Source: an uncultured Verrucomicrobiales bacterium
Lineage (GTDB): Bacteria > Verrucomicrobiota > Verrucomicrobiia > Verrucomicrobiales > DEV007
Length of the DNA stretch: 64,000 bases
NCBI GenBank assembly: GCA_963977055.1
Contig: CAXBMX010000019.1
Location: 28,504 to 92,503, forward strand
Direction: 5' to 3'
The translations under genes and the position numbers were made by a program. Position 1 is the first letter of the stretch. The number at the start of each line of letters is the position of its first letter. Shown in pieces: positions 48,873 to 57,478 of the stretch. The notes beneath the pieces were generated by a model. The model saw only the letters and a program-made list of their open reading frames with translations. It did no database searches and had not been told where the DNA came from.

Positions 48873-50150
48873 ATCGGAAGAATCGCTCTCCACTCTAAAT
48901 CTCAGTATAAACACGATCATTCCGATCAGAGAGATCGCGCCCAACACATACCAGAAGTTCTGGAACTCCGCGTGAGCGAATTTCTTCCCACTCGCAAAGA
49001 AATGTGCGAGCACCCAATTGAGGGCAACAGCGAGAAGCGGCCCTATCCCATACCAAATAAAATTGAAAACCGACTGCGCTGTATTGGCGACATCTTTCGA
49101 TGCGACCTTATTGATATAGATGAAACAGGTGCTCGTAAAAAATGCATAGCAAATCCCGTGGATCCCGAGGCCGACCAGAATAATCCACATCGGGACTCCA
49201 ATAGTTCCAAACAAGAAGAATCGGAGGGCGTAGGCAGCGATCCCGATCGTAAGGACGGCCTTAAAGCCAATTTTCGGAAGGAGCCGACCTAACACGACAT
49301 ACATGACGATCTCGCAGATCTGGCCTATCGCCATAGCCGGAAGCAAATACGCACTATCAAGACCGGCCTCGCTGAGAAATTTCGCGCACTGCATGAAATA
49401 GATCGTGTTCATCGGACTGATGATCAATGTCACGAATAGCAACACAGCGATGGATGGGATTTTTAAAAGGGCAAATGCGTCGGCCACAGCCGGCCGCTGC
49501 GATTTCGACTCGATCGGAGGGGTGTTCGGCAGAAAGAAAAATGCCCATACCCCATACCCAAATGCCATGATTCCAGACCACATGACCGACTTCTTCATCT
49601 CTCCCATCACCTGAGGGACGTCATCGCCCTTAAAGAAAGGTGGCAGCCAGCTTCCCGTGACATTGGTTTTGAGAACGATCAGGGAAAAAGTCCATCCCAT
49701 CAGCACCCAACCTACCGCCGTCCACAATCGAACATTAGGAAACTGCCGGCTCGGCTCGTCGAGGTGTCGCATTGCCAGCGCATTACAAATAGCTGCGGCG
49801 GGCATGAACATGAGAGTGAATGATACGGACAGGAGCAACCAGGCGAGAAAAGTCGACTGAGGATAGATACCAATCTTAAGCAACCCACCAATCATCATGA
49901 GCACGCCAAGAACGCGCTGGGCCGCAAACCGGCGATCCGCAATCTGAACGATAAACGGAGAACAAAGGGCTCCTACCGATGCCGCAATACCGACAATCGC
50001 CCCCATCTGCGTTTCGGTGAACCCAAGCCCTCCAGTCGAAGGGTCGGCCGTGAGAAACTTTCCTGCAATCGGCAGCCAAAGACCATAGATGCCAAACTGA
50101 AGAAACATCATCGCACAGAGGCGAACGTAGTTTTTAGGTAACGCAATCAT
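48861..50150 (-). CDS. MFS transporter, nucleoside:H+ symporter (NupG/XapB)-like
   Basis: MMFLQFGIYGLWLP, FPNVRLWTAVGW, IGQICEI, LGIHGICYAFF; about 12 TMs. Confidence 0.85.
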   Translation of the reverse strand: MIALPKNYVRLCAMMFLQFGIYGLWLPIAGKFLTADPSTGGLGFTETQMGAIVGIAASVGALCSPFIVQIADRRFAAQRVLGVLMMIGGLLKIGIYPQSTFLAWLLLSVSFTLMFMPAAAICNALAMRHLDEPSRQFPNVRLWTAVGWVLMGWTFSLIVLKTNVTGSWLPPFFKGDDVPQVMGEMKKSVMWSGIMAFGYGVWAFFFLPNTPPIESKSQRPAVADAFALLKIPSIAVLLFVTLIISPMNTIYFMQCAKFLSEAGLDSAYLLPAMAIGQICEIVMYVVLGRLLPKIGFKAVLTIGIAAYALRFFLFGTIGVPMWIILVGLGIHGICYAFFTSTCFIYINKVASKDVANTAQSVFNFIWYGIGPLLAVALNWVLAHFFASGKKFAHAEFQNFWYVLGAISLIGMIVFILRFRVESDSSDSIS

Positions 50151-50175
50151 AGGTTTTTAGAAAAAGGAAGAGCCA

Positions 50176-51438
50176 TCAAACGCCAGGTCCGTCGAGTAGA
50201 GTGTCCAATTTCACCGTTTGGCCGCCGTCGTCGATCGATTGCATTGCTCCTAAAATCATTCGGGTAGCCTCCATTCCATTCCATCCATTCACAGGCGATT
50301 GTTCACCTCTCGCATACTTCGCCATTTCCTGAACCAGCTTTCGGTCCGCCCCAAAATGCGATGTTTCAAACGCCTCCGATTTGCAATGGATCACTTCGCG
50401 TTTCTTCTCCCCGTAGTCCGTCACCACGTCGATCTCTCCCCTGAGGCGAGTTAAGATAACGCGACCTTTCGTCCCGACCAACTCCAACGTTTCTTCATCG
50501 TCAGACTGAGGCCCGTATACGGTGTAAAAGATATTGGCGACGATTCCATTGTTGTATTGATAGTGAATCGACGCGTGATCAAAAATATCGGCTCCCGACT
50601 TATAGACACAGTTGTCTTTTCGCTTCAGCGGATCCGTTTCCGTCTCATAACTTCTATCGACCGCTCCCTTCATCTGATCCTGTGAATCAGGCATCGCAAT
50701 TTCTGCCCGGTAGGGGCAATCCCGATCGCACACGGAACAAAATTCCGGAGCATCTTCTTCTTCCTTAAACACATTCCGTCCTCCAAAGGCATTCACCTGA
50801 GTGGCACGAGCGTCTCCGGCGAACCAATTAAACACATCAGTATAATGCGAACCTTTGTCATTGAGAGCCCCGCCACTGACCGCTCTCGAACGGTGCCAGG
50901 TTTGAAAATAGAACGAGTAGGGCAGCACCGCCCGGATCAGCATCATTTTCAAATCGCCAATCAGCCCGCTGCTCACCATCTCATGCAAATCGATCCACGG
51001 CTTTTCATAGCGGCGGGTGAATCCCATGATCATCGGATTCTCGGTCTGCCGCTCAGCTTCGCGAATGGCCACCGAATCTTCAAGCGTATGAGCAATAGGC
51101 TTATCAAGGTAAACTTTTTTCCCCGAGCGCAAGGCTGGAATCGTCGCCTCCGCATGAGCCGCCGTCGGCGAAGTAATCACAATAAGGTCGACCTGATCAT
51201 CGTTAATCAAGTCAATCGGGTCACTGTAGAAGGCTGGAGAGAACGGATCATTGCCCGCCTTAATCGCGACATCATTGACATCATCCAGGGCAATCTGCAT
51301 CCGACTCTCGGTACGATTGCAAAAGGCCGTGATCGTCATCCCAAGCTCGCGACTCTGCTCAGCAATCTGCCGCCCAATACAAGTGATGCCGCGGCTGCCC
51401 GTTCCGATAATTCCGACTCGAATCGTATCTGCACTCAT
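50176..51438 (-). CDS. Gfo/Idh/MocA-family oxidoreductase
   Basis: RVGIIGTGSRG, ITSPTAAH, YLDKPIA, GFTRRY, GGALNDKGSHYTD. The ATG overlaps the upstream TGA. Confidence 0.9.
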   Translation of the reverse strand: MSADTIRVGIIGTGSRGITCIGRQIAEQSRELGMTITAFCNRTESRMQIALDDVNDVAIKAGNDPFSPAFYSDPIDLINDDQVDLIVITSPTAAHAEATIPALRSGKKVYLDKPIAHTLEDSVAIREAERQTENPMIMGFTRRYEKPWIDLHEMVSSGLIGDLKMMLIRAVLPYSFYFQTWHRSRAVSGGALNDKGSHYTDVFNWFAGDARATQVNAFGGRNVFKEEEDAPEFCSVCDRDCPYRAEIAMPDSQDQMKGAVDRSYETETDPLKRKDNCVYKSGADIFDHASIHYQYNNGIVANIFYTVYGPQSDDEETLELVGTKGRVILTRLRGEIDVVTDYGEKKREVIHCKSEAFETSHFGADRKLVQEMAKYARGEQSPVNGWNGMEATRMILGAMQSIDDGGQTVKLDTLLDGPGV

Positions 51439-52970
51439 GACTCTTTTCTCAAAAACACGGGCGAACTCCAGGCCCACTGATCATTCATCTGGCGAACACG
51501 CGCGTAATAAAACCCGTCTTCCAATTCCCCTTTGTCCTCAAAAGCAAAACTCCAATTCAGTTCCTCCGGTCGCGGCGCTCGATTGAAACGCCACGAAGGG
51601 GCATCAGTATGATCGTGACTCCCACTTCGAGCCCCTTCCATGAGCTCAGCTAAAGAGTGCTGTGTCCGTATGCCATTAATAATGGCGTAGACCATCGCAG
51701 TCCGTGGCATCTCTACTTCGATGCACATCCCTTGTGTCGCGCTGGTAGAATTCGTCGCATTACCCTGGGAATAGGTTTCAAAAGTAACGGCTTGCTTGGT
51801 GCTGCCATGCACTTTTGATCGATAGAATGACTCACCCACTTCCGTATCTCGTTCCGCCGGCGATACCACCTCCAGCCCACGAAATCTAGGCTCGACGCCA
51901 AGTAGTCGCCCTTCTTCAACCCCTAACTCAACCTTCCACTCTGCACTACGATGCTTGGCACCCCACCCCAGTTCGAGGTGAATTTTTGTCCGGACTAATT
52001 CTGATTCATTTGCCACCACATCCGTTTGTGAAAACCGTCTTAACAGCTTGCCGTCTTTGATCACATCAACGCAGTCAATCGCCCCACCTCCCACGACATT
52101 GATCGCAATATCGCGCTTCCTGGCATGTGGAATCACCGCACCCATGGCTGCCCCGTTTACCGAGAACTTCAGTTCGATTCGGTCACCCGTCAGGGCCACC
52201 ATACGACGCTGATAAAGAGCCTCCCATATTGCTTCCCGGGTGCATGACTCAGCCCAGAGCTCAGTTCTTCCATGCCCAAAACTTCCCGGATGCCCGGAAT
52301 GATGATCGGTGCCCCCTGAGAAACCGAAGACATGTCCTTTCGACAGCCCACAGGCAATAGTGCTCTCCCAGTCGGACGGCCCCATCGAATGCAGAAATGG
52401 TCTCGTGTTTTCACTATTCTCCGAGCAGCCATGCATCGAGAGCATCTCTACAAATGGAGCAAATGTCGGATCAAAAGAATCCCAATCGATCCCCCGCGTT
52501 CCTTTGCGATACCCAAGGTGATGAGGCTGGGCAATGCTATCCTTTCCCCCTGCCCTCAATCCACCCAACTTGGCGTGCAGGTCTTCAAGATCCTTCGGAT
52601 ACAAAATATCACCGTCCAGATCCTTGTAGAGCATGTTCCGGTCGCCAGTGGCACAAAAGTGGACTTCAAAACCGGGGAATACGATGAAGTTCCCTTCCTC
52701 GTTTCGATCCCTCAATGTTTCCAGCATTTCCTGCCACACTTGCTTTAGCCGCCCGAAACCCTCCTCGTGAAAATCAATGATGTATTGAATTCGCTCCGAT
52801 GAGGCCGGCATATCCGGCCAGTGAGCGTGTCCGGTGATGGACACAAAATCTAGCTGCTCCCTCGCATTGGAAAGCGCATCTTCGAGCGAACCGTGACCAT
52901 ACGATATGCCGCAATGATTGTGCATATCACCATAATAGGGAAGTAGGGACTGGAATGGATCTTCCGGCAT
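51435..52970 (-). CDS. PHP-like metal-dependent hydrolase (DUF3604-like)
   Basis: YYGDMHNHCGISYG, FVSITGHAHW, FPGFEVH, QPHH, EMLSMHG, GGTDHHSGHPG, C-terminal YYARVRQ...WAWSSPVF. Confidence 0.75.
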   Translation of the reverse strand: MPEDPFQSLLPYYGDMHNHCGISYGHGSLEDALSNAREQLDFVSITGHAHWPDMPASSERIQYIIDFHEEGFGRLKQVWQEMLETLRDRNEEGNFIVFPGFEVHFCATGDRNMLYKDLDGDILYPKDLEDLHAKLGGLRAGGKDSIAQPHHLGYRKGTRGIDWDSFDPTFAPFVEMLSMHGCSENSENTRPFLHSMGPSDWESTIACGLSKGHVFGFSGGTDHHSGHPGSFGHGRTELWAESCTREAIWEALYQRRMVALTGDRIELKFSVNGAAMGAVIPHARKRDIAINVVGGGAIDCVDVIKDGKLLRRFSQTDVVANESELVRTKIHLELGWGAKHRSAEWKVELGVEEGRLLGVEPRFRGLEVVSPAERDTEVGESFYRSKVHGSTKQAVTFETYSQGNATNSTSATQGMCIEVEMPRTAMVYAIINGIRTQHSLAELMEGARSGSHDHTDAPSWRFNRAPRPEELNWSFAFEDKGELEDGFYYARVRQMNDQWAWSSPVFLRKES

Positions 52971-52993
52971 AGCGTCTTGTCGAAATTACACTT

Positions 52994-53060
52994 TTGACAC
53001 CACTAGGCAATCATTATTATGCAATTAATATACATTTTGATTCTGCACATTAACTGTGAG
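52994..53060. promoter_or_regulatory. Divergent promoter/operator region between the catabolic operon and lacI-like gene
   Basis: AT-rich; TTGACA 52994-99 and TATTAT 53015-20 (short 15-nt spacer); imperfect palindromes TATTA-TGCAAT-TAATA (53015-30) and CACA-TTAAC-TGTG (53046-58). Confidence 0.3.
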
Positions 53061-53090
53061 AACATCCTTTGTCGCCCCTCCCGCTTTTAA

Positions 53091-54155
53091 ATGAAATCTC
53101 CCACCATGACCGATGTGGCCCGTCGGGCCGGTGTTTCGCATGCCACCGTGTCGCGCATCATCAACGGACGTTCCGGGGTGAGTTCTGAAACGGAGGATAG
53201 GGTGCGAAAGGCCATTGCGGAGCTTCAATACCTGGCGCCCCCAATCACCCAGCGCCCTGGCAAAACCGCTCGCATCGAACGCCGATCAAAATGCCACCAT
53301 GTCGCACTCCTGACTTTTGATCAAGCGCTCACCGAACACAGTGCCTTTGTCGCATCAATTTACGAAGGCGCCCGTCGAGCGGCCGCGGAACATGGCGTCG
53401 CCGTCTCGCTTCTTTCGCTCGATCACTTCGACACTGTTCCCGAATGGATCACCCCGAAGAACCTTGATGGCCTCCTCCTTCACGGGCTTCGATCCAGGGG
53501 ACACCTCACCCGAACTGCCGCTGAAATTCCGTCACTTTGGCTGACCACACACGAAGACGAAGGTGTCGACTCAGTGTTACCTGGCAATCGGCAGGTAGGA
53601 ACCATCGCAGCGAGGTACCTCGCGGACCGGGGACACTCGATCGTAGCAGCCCTTTCCCCCGAAACAGAGAACCCTTCCTATCAGGTCCGAATCAAAGCCT
53701 TCCTTGATGAGGCGGGAAAGAATGGAACCAAGGCATCGCGATGTAAACTGACCCAGCGCGAACGGTCTTCGACTCTCGACGAAGAGGGCAAAATACGAGC
53801 CCTGATTCGCAAACTGGCTGATGCAAAAAAATCACTCCGACCGACAGGCATATTTGTTCCGTCGGACAAGATGGCCTCACTCGCCTATGCCGCCTGTCGG
53901 CGGGAGGGACTGGAGCCAGGACAGGATTTCGAATTCATTTCCTGCGACAATGAAACAGCCTACCTGATTGGACTGTTCCCCCGCCCCGCCACGATTGACC
54001 TGGGAACCGAAGCGCGCGGCCGAATGGCTTTCGAATTGCTGCTCTCCAGAATTCAAGACCCTAGCTTAGATCGAAAGGCGACCCTCATTTTGGATCCCGT
54101 TTTGGTACCCTCGCCCGACGATTCACCCACCTCGCATCGTAGGTTTCAGCCCTAG
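53091..54155 (+). CDS. LacI-family transcriptional regulator
   Basis: HTH MTDVARRAGVSHATVSRIING, sugar-binding domain with YLADRGH, PTGIFVPSD, ISCDN, PRPATID. Confidence 0.92.
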   Translation: MKSPTMTDVARRAGVSHATVSRIINGRSGVSSETEDRVRKAIAELQYLAPPITQRPGKTARIERRSKCHHVALLTFDQALTEHSAFVASIYEGARRAAAEHGVAVSLLSLDHFDTVPEWITPKNLDGLLLHGLRSRGHLTRTAAEIPSLWLTTHEDEGVDSVLPGNRQVGTIAARYLADRGHSIVAALSPETENPSYQVRIKAFLDEAGKNGTKASRCKLTQRERSSTLDEEGKIRALIRKLADAKKSLRPTGIFVPSDKMASLAYAACRREGLEPGQDFEFISCDNETAYLIGLFPRPATIDLGTEARGRMAFELLLSRIQDPSLDRKATLILDPVLVPSPDDSPTSHRRFQP

Positions 54156-54160
54156 TTGCT

Positions 54161-54796
54161 ATGATGAAACGCGAAATCGTCCCGGAGATACTCGACACGC
54201 TGGATCCGACCGACCCGGCGGCGATCAGAAGTCGGAAGGATCTGCGGTTTCTCAATTTCATGATGGGAAATGATCGCTGGGTCCGCTCAACCGTTGCCGC
54301 GCATTCCGACTCATCCCAAAAAGGAATCACTGAGATTGGGGCAGGAGAAGGGCGTCTTCTGAGCAAGCTCGCCGATCATGGGCCAGCCTCCGGGGTGGAC
54401 CTTGCTCCCCGCCCACCTGACCTCAACCCCTCCATCAGCTGGATTGAAGGAGATCTCTTCGAAAATTCCCCCGACATTGGCGGCGGGGTGCTGGTCGCGA
54501 ATCTCTTCCTGCACCACTTCAACGCTTCAGATCTGGCCAGAATCGGAACCCTCGCTGAAAACTTCGAAGTTCTGATATTCTCCGAACCTCTCCGGAATAA
54601 AAACATCCTCCGATTAAGCCAGTGCGTCATGCCGCTGATGGGAAGCGTAACCCGTCACGACATGCCCGTCAGCATCCGGGCAGGATTTGTCATGGACGAA
54701 ATTTCCACATTCCTCAGGCTCCCGGATGCCTGGCAGATCTCCGAGCACGGCACGGCACTGGGAGCAATCAGAACCGTTGCCCGCCGTTCACGATGA
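54161..54796 (+). CDS. Class I SAM-dependent methyltransferase of the PKS trio
   Basis: PEILDTLD, EIGAGEG, GVDL, ANLFLHHF, TRHDMPVSIRAGF. Confidence 0.85.
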   Translation: MMKREIVPEILDTLDPTDPAAIRSRKDLRFLNFMMGNDRWVRSTVAAHSDSSQKGITEIGAGEGRLLSKLADHGPASGVDLAPRPPDLNPSISWIEGDLFENSPDIGGGVLVANLFLHHFNASDLARIGTLAENFEVLIFSEPLRNKNILRLSQCVMPLMGSVTRHDMPVSIRAGFVMDEISTFLRLPDAWQISEHGTALGAIRTVARRSR

Positions 54797-55806
54797 AGCC
54801 GGTAACGATCATCGGCGGCGGGCTGGCAGGACTTTCACTGGCAACTGGCCTCGCCCGTAGAAACGTTCCAGTGGAAGTGCACGAAGCCGGATCGTATCCA
54901 CGACATCGCGTCTGCGGGGAATTCATTTCCGGCATCTCTGACAGCACTTTATCGGAACTCGGCATCTCCGATGACCTTAGCGATGCCAAACTCCACCACA
55001 GCGGCATCTGGTTTCGAGAGGGGCGCCCCCTTATGAAGATGCGCTTGCCCGAACCGGCCCGCGGGCTGTCCCGTTTTTGCCTCGACGAACGCCTCAAGAA
55101 CCGAGTCAGAGACTGCGGCGGTAATGTCATCACTAACTCCCGCCGCAAACTAAGTTCCGAAGACGGTATCGTCATCGCCGCAGGACGACGGCGGCAGAAA
55201 AGCCGATGGATCGGACTGAAATGTCATTTCAAAAACCTCGCCATGGAAGAAGGCCTCGAAATGCACCTCGGCAAAAATGGCTACCTGGGACTGGCCCCCG
55301 TTGAGCAAGGAAGAGTCAACTTGTGCGCCCTCTTCGTTAAAGACAACCAGGCTCAAGGAAAAGGGCCCGAGCTTCTCTTCAGCTACCTCGCCGCTGGCGG
55401 ACACCACGAATTGATAGAGCGCCTCAATGCTGCTGAAATCGACGAAACATCCTTCATCGGAGTTTCATCTCTCAATCTAGGTTGGCAGGAACAGTCAGAC
55501 TCTTCATTTGTGATTGGGGACGCAGGAAGCGTCATTCCACCTTTCACCGGGAACGGCATGAGCATGGCTTTCAAATCGGCCGAACTCGCTCTCGACCCGC
55601 TTACCAAATGGAGCCGGGGCGAAATGGGCTGGAATGTAGCGCTCCAGGCTTCACGCAAAGCCCAGTCCAAAACCTTTAATCGCCGCCTTCGGTCAGCCCT
55701 GACTCTCCAAAATATCCTTCTCCATCCGCAGGGCCAGGACCTGCTCGAATCTTTCTCCAAACTCGGCGTCATTCCTTTCAGAATGCTTCTCTCCCTAGTC
55801 AGATAA
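54793..55806 (+). CDS. FAD-dependent oxidoreductase (geranylgeranyl reductase / aromatic hydroxylase-like)
   Basis: IIGGGLAG, RHRVCGEFIS, IGDAGSVIPPFTGNGMSMAF. The ATG overlaps the upstream TGA. Confidence 0.88.
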   Translation: MKPVTIIGGGLAGLSLATGLARRNVPVEVHEAGSYPRHRVCGEFISGISDSTLSELGISDDLSDAKLHHSGIWFREGRPLMKMRLPEPARGLSRFCLDERLKNRVRDCGGNVITNSRRKLSSEDGIVIAAGRRRQKSRWIGLKCHFKNLAMEEGLEMHLGKNGYLGLAPVEQGRVNLCALFVKDNQAQGKGPELLFSYLAAGGHHELIERLNAAEIDETSFIGVSSLNLGWQEQSDSSFVIGDAGSVIPPFTGNGMSMAFKSAELALDPLTKWSRGEMGWNVALQASRKAQSKTFNRRLRSALTLQNILLHPQGQDLLESFSKLGVIPFRMLLSLVR

Positions 55807-55809
55807 CTC

Positions 55810-56850
55810 ATGTTTCTTGAATCAATTGCCACCGCTCTACCGGCCCATCGCTACACTCAGGCAGAATGCCTCGCGTCCCTTAGAGAATCATCACTCGCCC
55901 AGGACCTGAAACCACGATCCCGAGCCCTGTTGCGCCGACTTCTTACCAGCGAAGCCTCCGGCATCAACACTCGCCATTTCTGTCTCGACGAACTTGGCCC
56001 GATATTTTCCCAGGAAGCTCAAGATCTCAACGAGAGCTTCGAGAAGCTGGCCCCCGATCTTGCAGGCAAAGCCCTTCACAAAGCTCTGGCGAATGCCTCG
56101 CTTGAACCAACTGAACTCGATGCCCTCTTTATCTGCACCTGCACCGGCTACCTTTGCCCGGGAGTCACGAGTCACGTCGCAGAATCATTGGGACTGAACC
56201 AGTCCGTCTTCCTTCAGGATCTGGTGGGACTGGGCTGCGGCGCTGCAATCCCCACCATGCGCGCGGCCTCAGGATTTCTGGCCGCCAATCCAGGCGCGAA
56301 AGTTGCCACAATTGCCGTCGAAATCTGCTCGGCCGCCTTCTACGCCGACGATGATCCCGGAGTGCTGGTTTCCCTTTGTCTTTTCGGAGATGGTGCCGCT
56401 GCAGCCATTTGGTCCGACGAATCGGCCATAGGCAAATGGCAAGCCGACGCATTCACCACCATTCATCAACCGGAGAACCGGGAGAAAATTCGCTTCGTTA
56501 ATGCAGGTGGAAAACTGAAGAATCAACTCGACAAAACGGTCCCTGAACTCGCTGCGATTGCCGTTGAGCAATTGTATCAACAGCGACAAAACACACCCGA
56601 CCGAGTCCTTGCCCACTCAGGAGGCCGCGATGTCATCGATGCCCTGGAAAAACGCCTGCCTCACAAACTCGCCGAAACCAGAACCGTTCTCACGGACTGC
56701 GGCAACATGAGCAGTCCCTCCGTGCTCTTTGCTCTCGAAAGAGCCCTGAGAGAACCCGGAAACGATCGCCATTGGTGGCTCACTGCCTTCGGTGCCGGTT
56801 TCGCAGCTCACGCTTGCGAAATGAGCAGGGACTTAGACAGACCTGCTTAA
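55810..56850 (+). CDS. Type III polyketide synthase (chalcone/stilbene synthase-like)
   Basis: Catalytic triad Cys (GLGCGAA), His (LAHSGG), Asn ([10 protein letters not shown]); also [24 protein letters not shown]. Confidence 0.93.
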   Translation: MFLESIATALPAHRYTQAECLASLRESSLAQDLKPRSRALLRRLLTSEASGINTRHFCLDELGPIFSQEAQDLNESFEKLAPDLAGKALHKALANASLEPTELDALFICTCTGYLCPGVTSHVAESLGLNQSVFLQDLVGLGCGAAIPTMRAASGFLAANPGAKVATIAVEICSAAFYADDDPGVLVSLCLFGDGAAAAIWSDESAIGKWQADAFTTIHQPENREKIRFVNAGGKLKNQLDKTVPELAAIAVEQLYQQRQNTPDRVLAHSGGRDVIDALEKRLPHKLAETRTVLTDCGNMSSPSVLFALERALREPGNDRHWWLTAFGAGFAAHACEMSRDLDRPA

Positions 56851-56913
56851 TCACTTTTGTTCAGCAAAATTGCTTAATGGCCCGGCTGTCATAATTCGCT
56901 CCAAGTGAGAAAA

Positions 56914-56998
56914 TGGTGGGCAGGGAAGGATTCGAACCTTCGAAGGCATAGCCAGCAGATTTACAGTCTGCCCCGTTTGACCGCTTCGGTACCTACCC
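56914..56998 (-). tRNA. tRNA-Tyr: tRNA-Tyr (anticodon GTA), encoded CCA, long variable arm
   Basis: GGGTAGGTACCGAAGCGGTCAAACGGGGCAGACTGTAAATCTGCTGGCTATGCCTTCGAAGGTTCGAATCCTTCCCTGCCCACCA. Confidence 0.97.
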
Positions 56999-57097
56999 GT
57001 TCTCGCAAGGGTGGAAATCACCAATTTTGCAAGGCCGGTAAAATGGCGGGATGCGACGCGTTTGCAAGGAATTTCTTCGCTGAATCAGCGAAAACTC

Positions 57098-57334
57098 TTA
57101 CATCAAATCTTCCGCGACGACGGAATTCTGTTCGCGAGTCGACAAAGCCTTGGCCTGAGCCACGACTATTTCAGCATCGATCTCAAAGCGATACGCATGG
57201 CAGTTTGGGCAAATATTGACCTTCGAAGCCACGATCGAGTCACATCCCACGCAAACCTTATACATTGCAGGGTTGCGTACGATTCGACGTGCTCTTTTGG
57301 CACGATCAGCTAAAGCGGTGTTTTCCTTTGCCAT
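57098..57334 (-). CDS. Small zinc-ribbon protein (CxxC-x10-CxxC)
   Basis: YKVCVGCDSIVASKVNICPNCHAYRF; divergent from mfd and upstream of tRNA-Tyr on the same strand. Confidence 0.7.
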   Translation of the reverse strand: MAKENTALADRAKRARRIVRNPAMYKVCVGCDSIVASKVNICPNCHAYRFEIDAEIVVAQAKALSTREQNSVVAEDLM

Positions 57335-57478
57335 GCGAGGCAAAAACTACTCGTGAGGGGTCATTTTTGCAAGAATGAAATTACAAATCTGCAATTTTAT
57401 CATATTTTTTATAAGTAATTCGATGATATTCAGGAATCTAAGGCGACTATTCGCAAAATTGCGATTCAACCATGCGTA

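Noticed and set aside
56914-56998. tRNA-Tyr 3' end as attachment site of a genomic island covering the accessory region
   Set aside because: No integrase and no duplicated tRNA 3' end were seen in the window; cannot be supported from this sequence.
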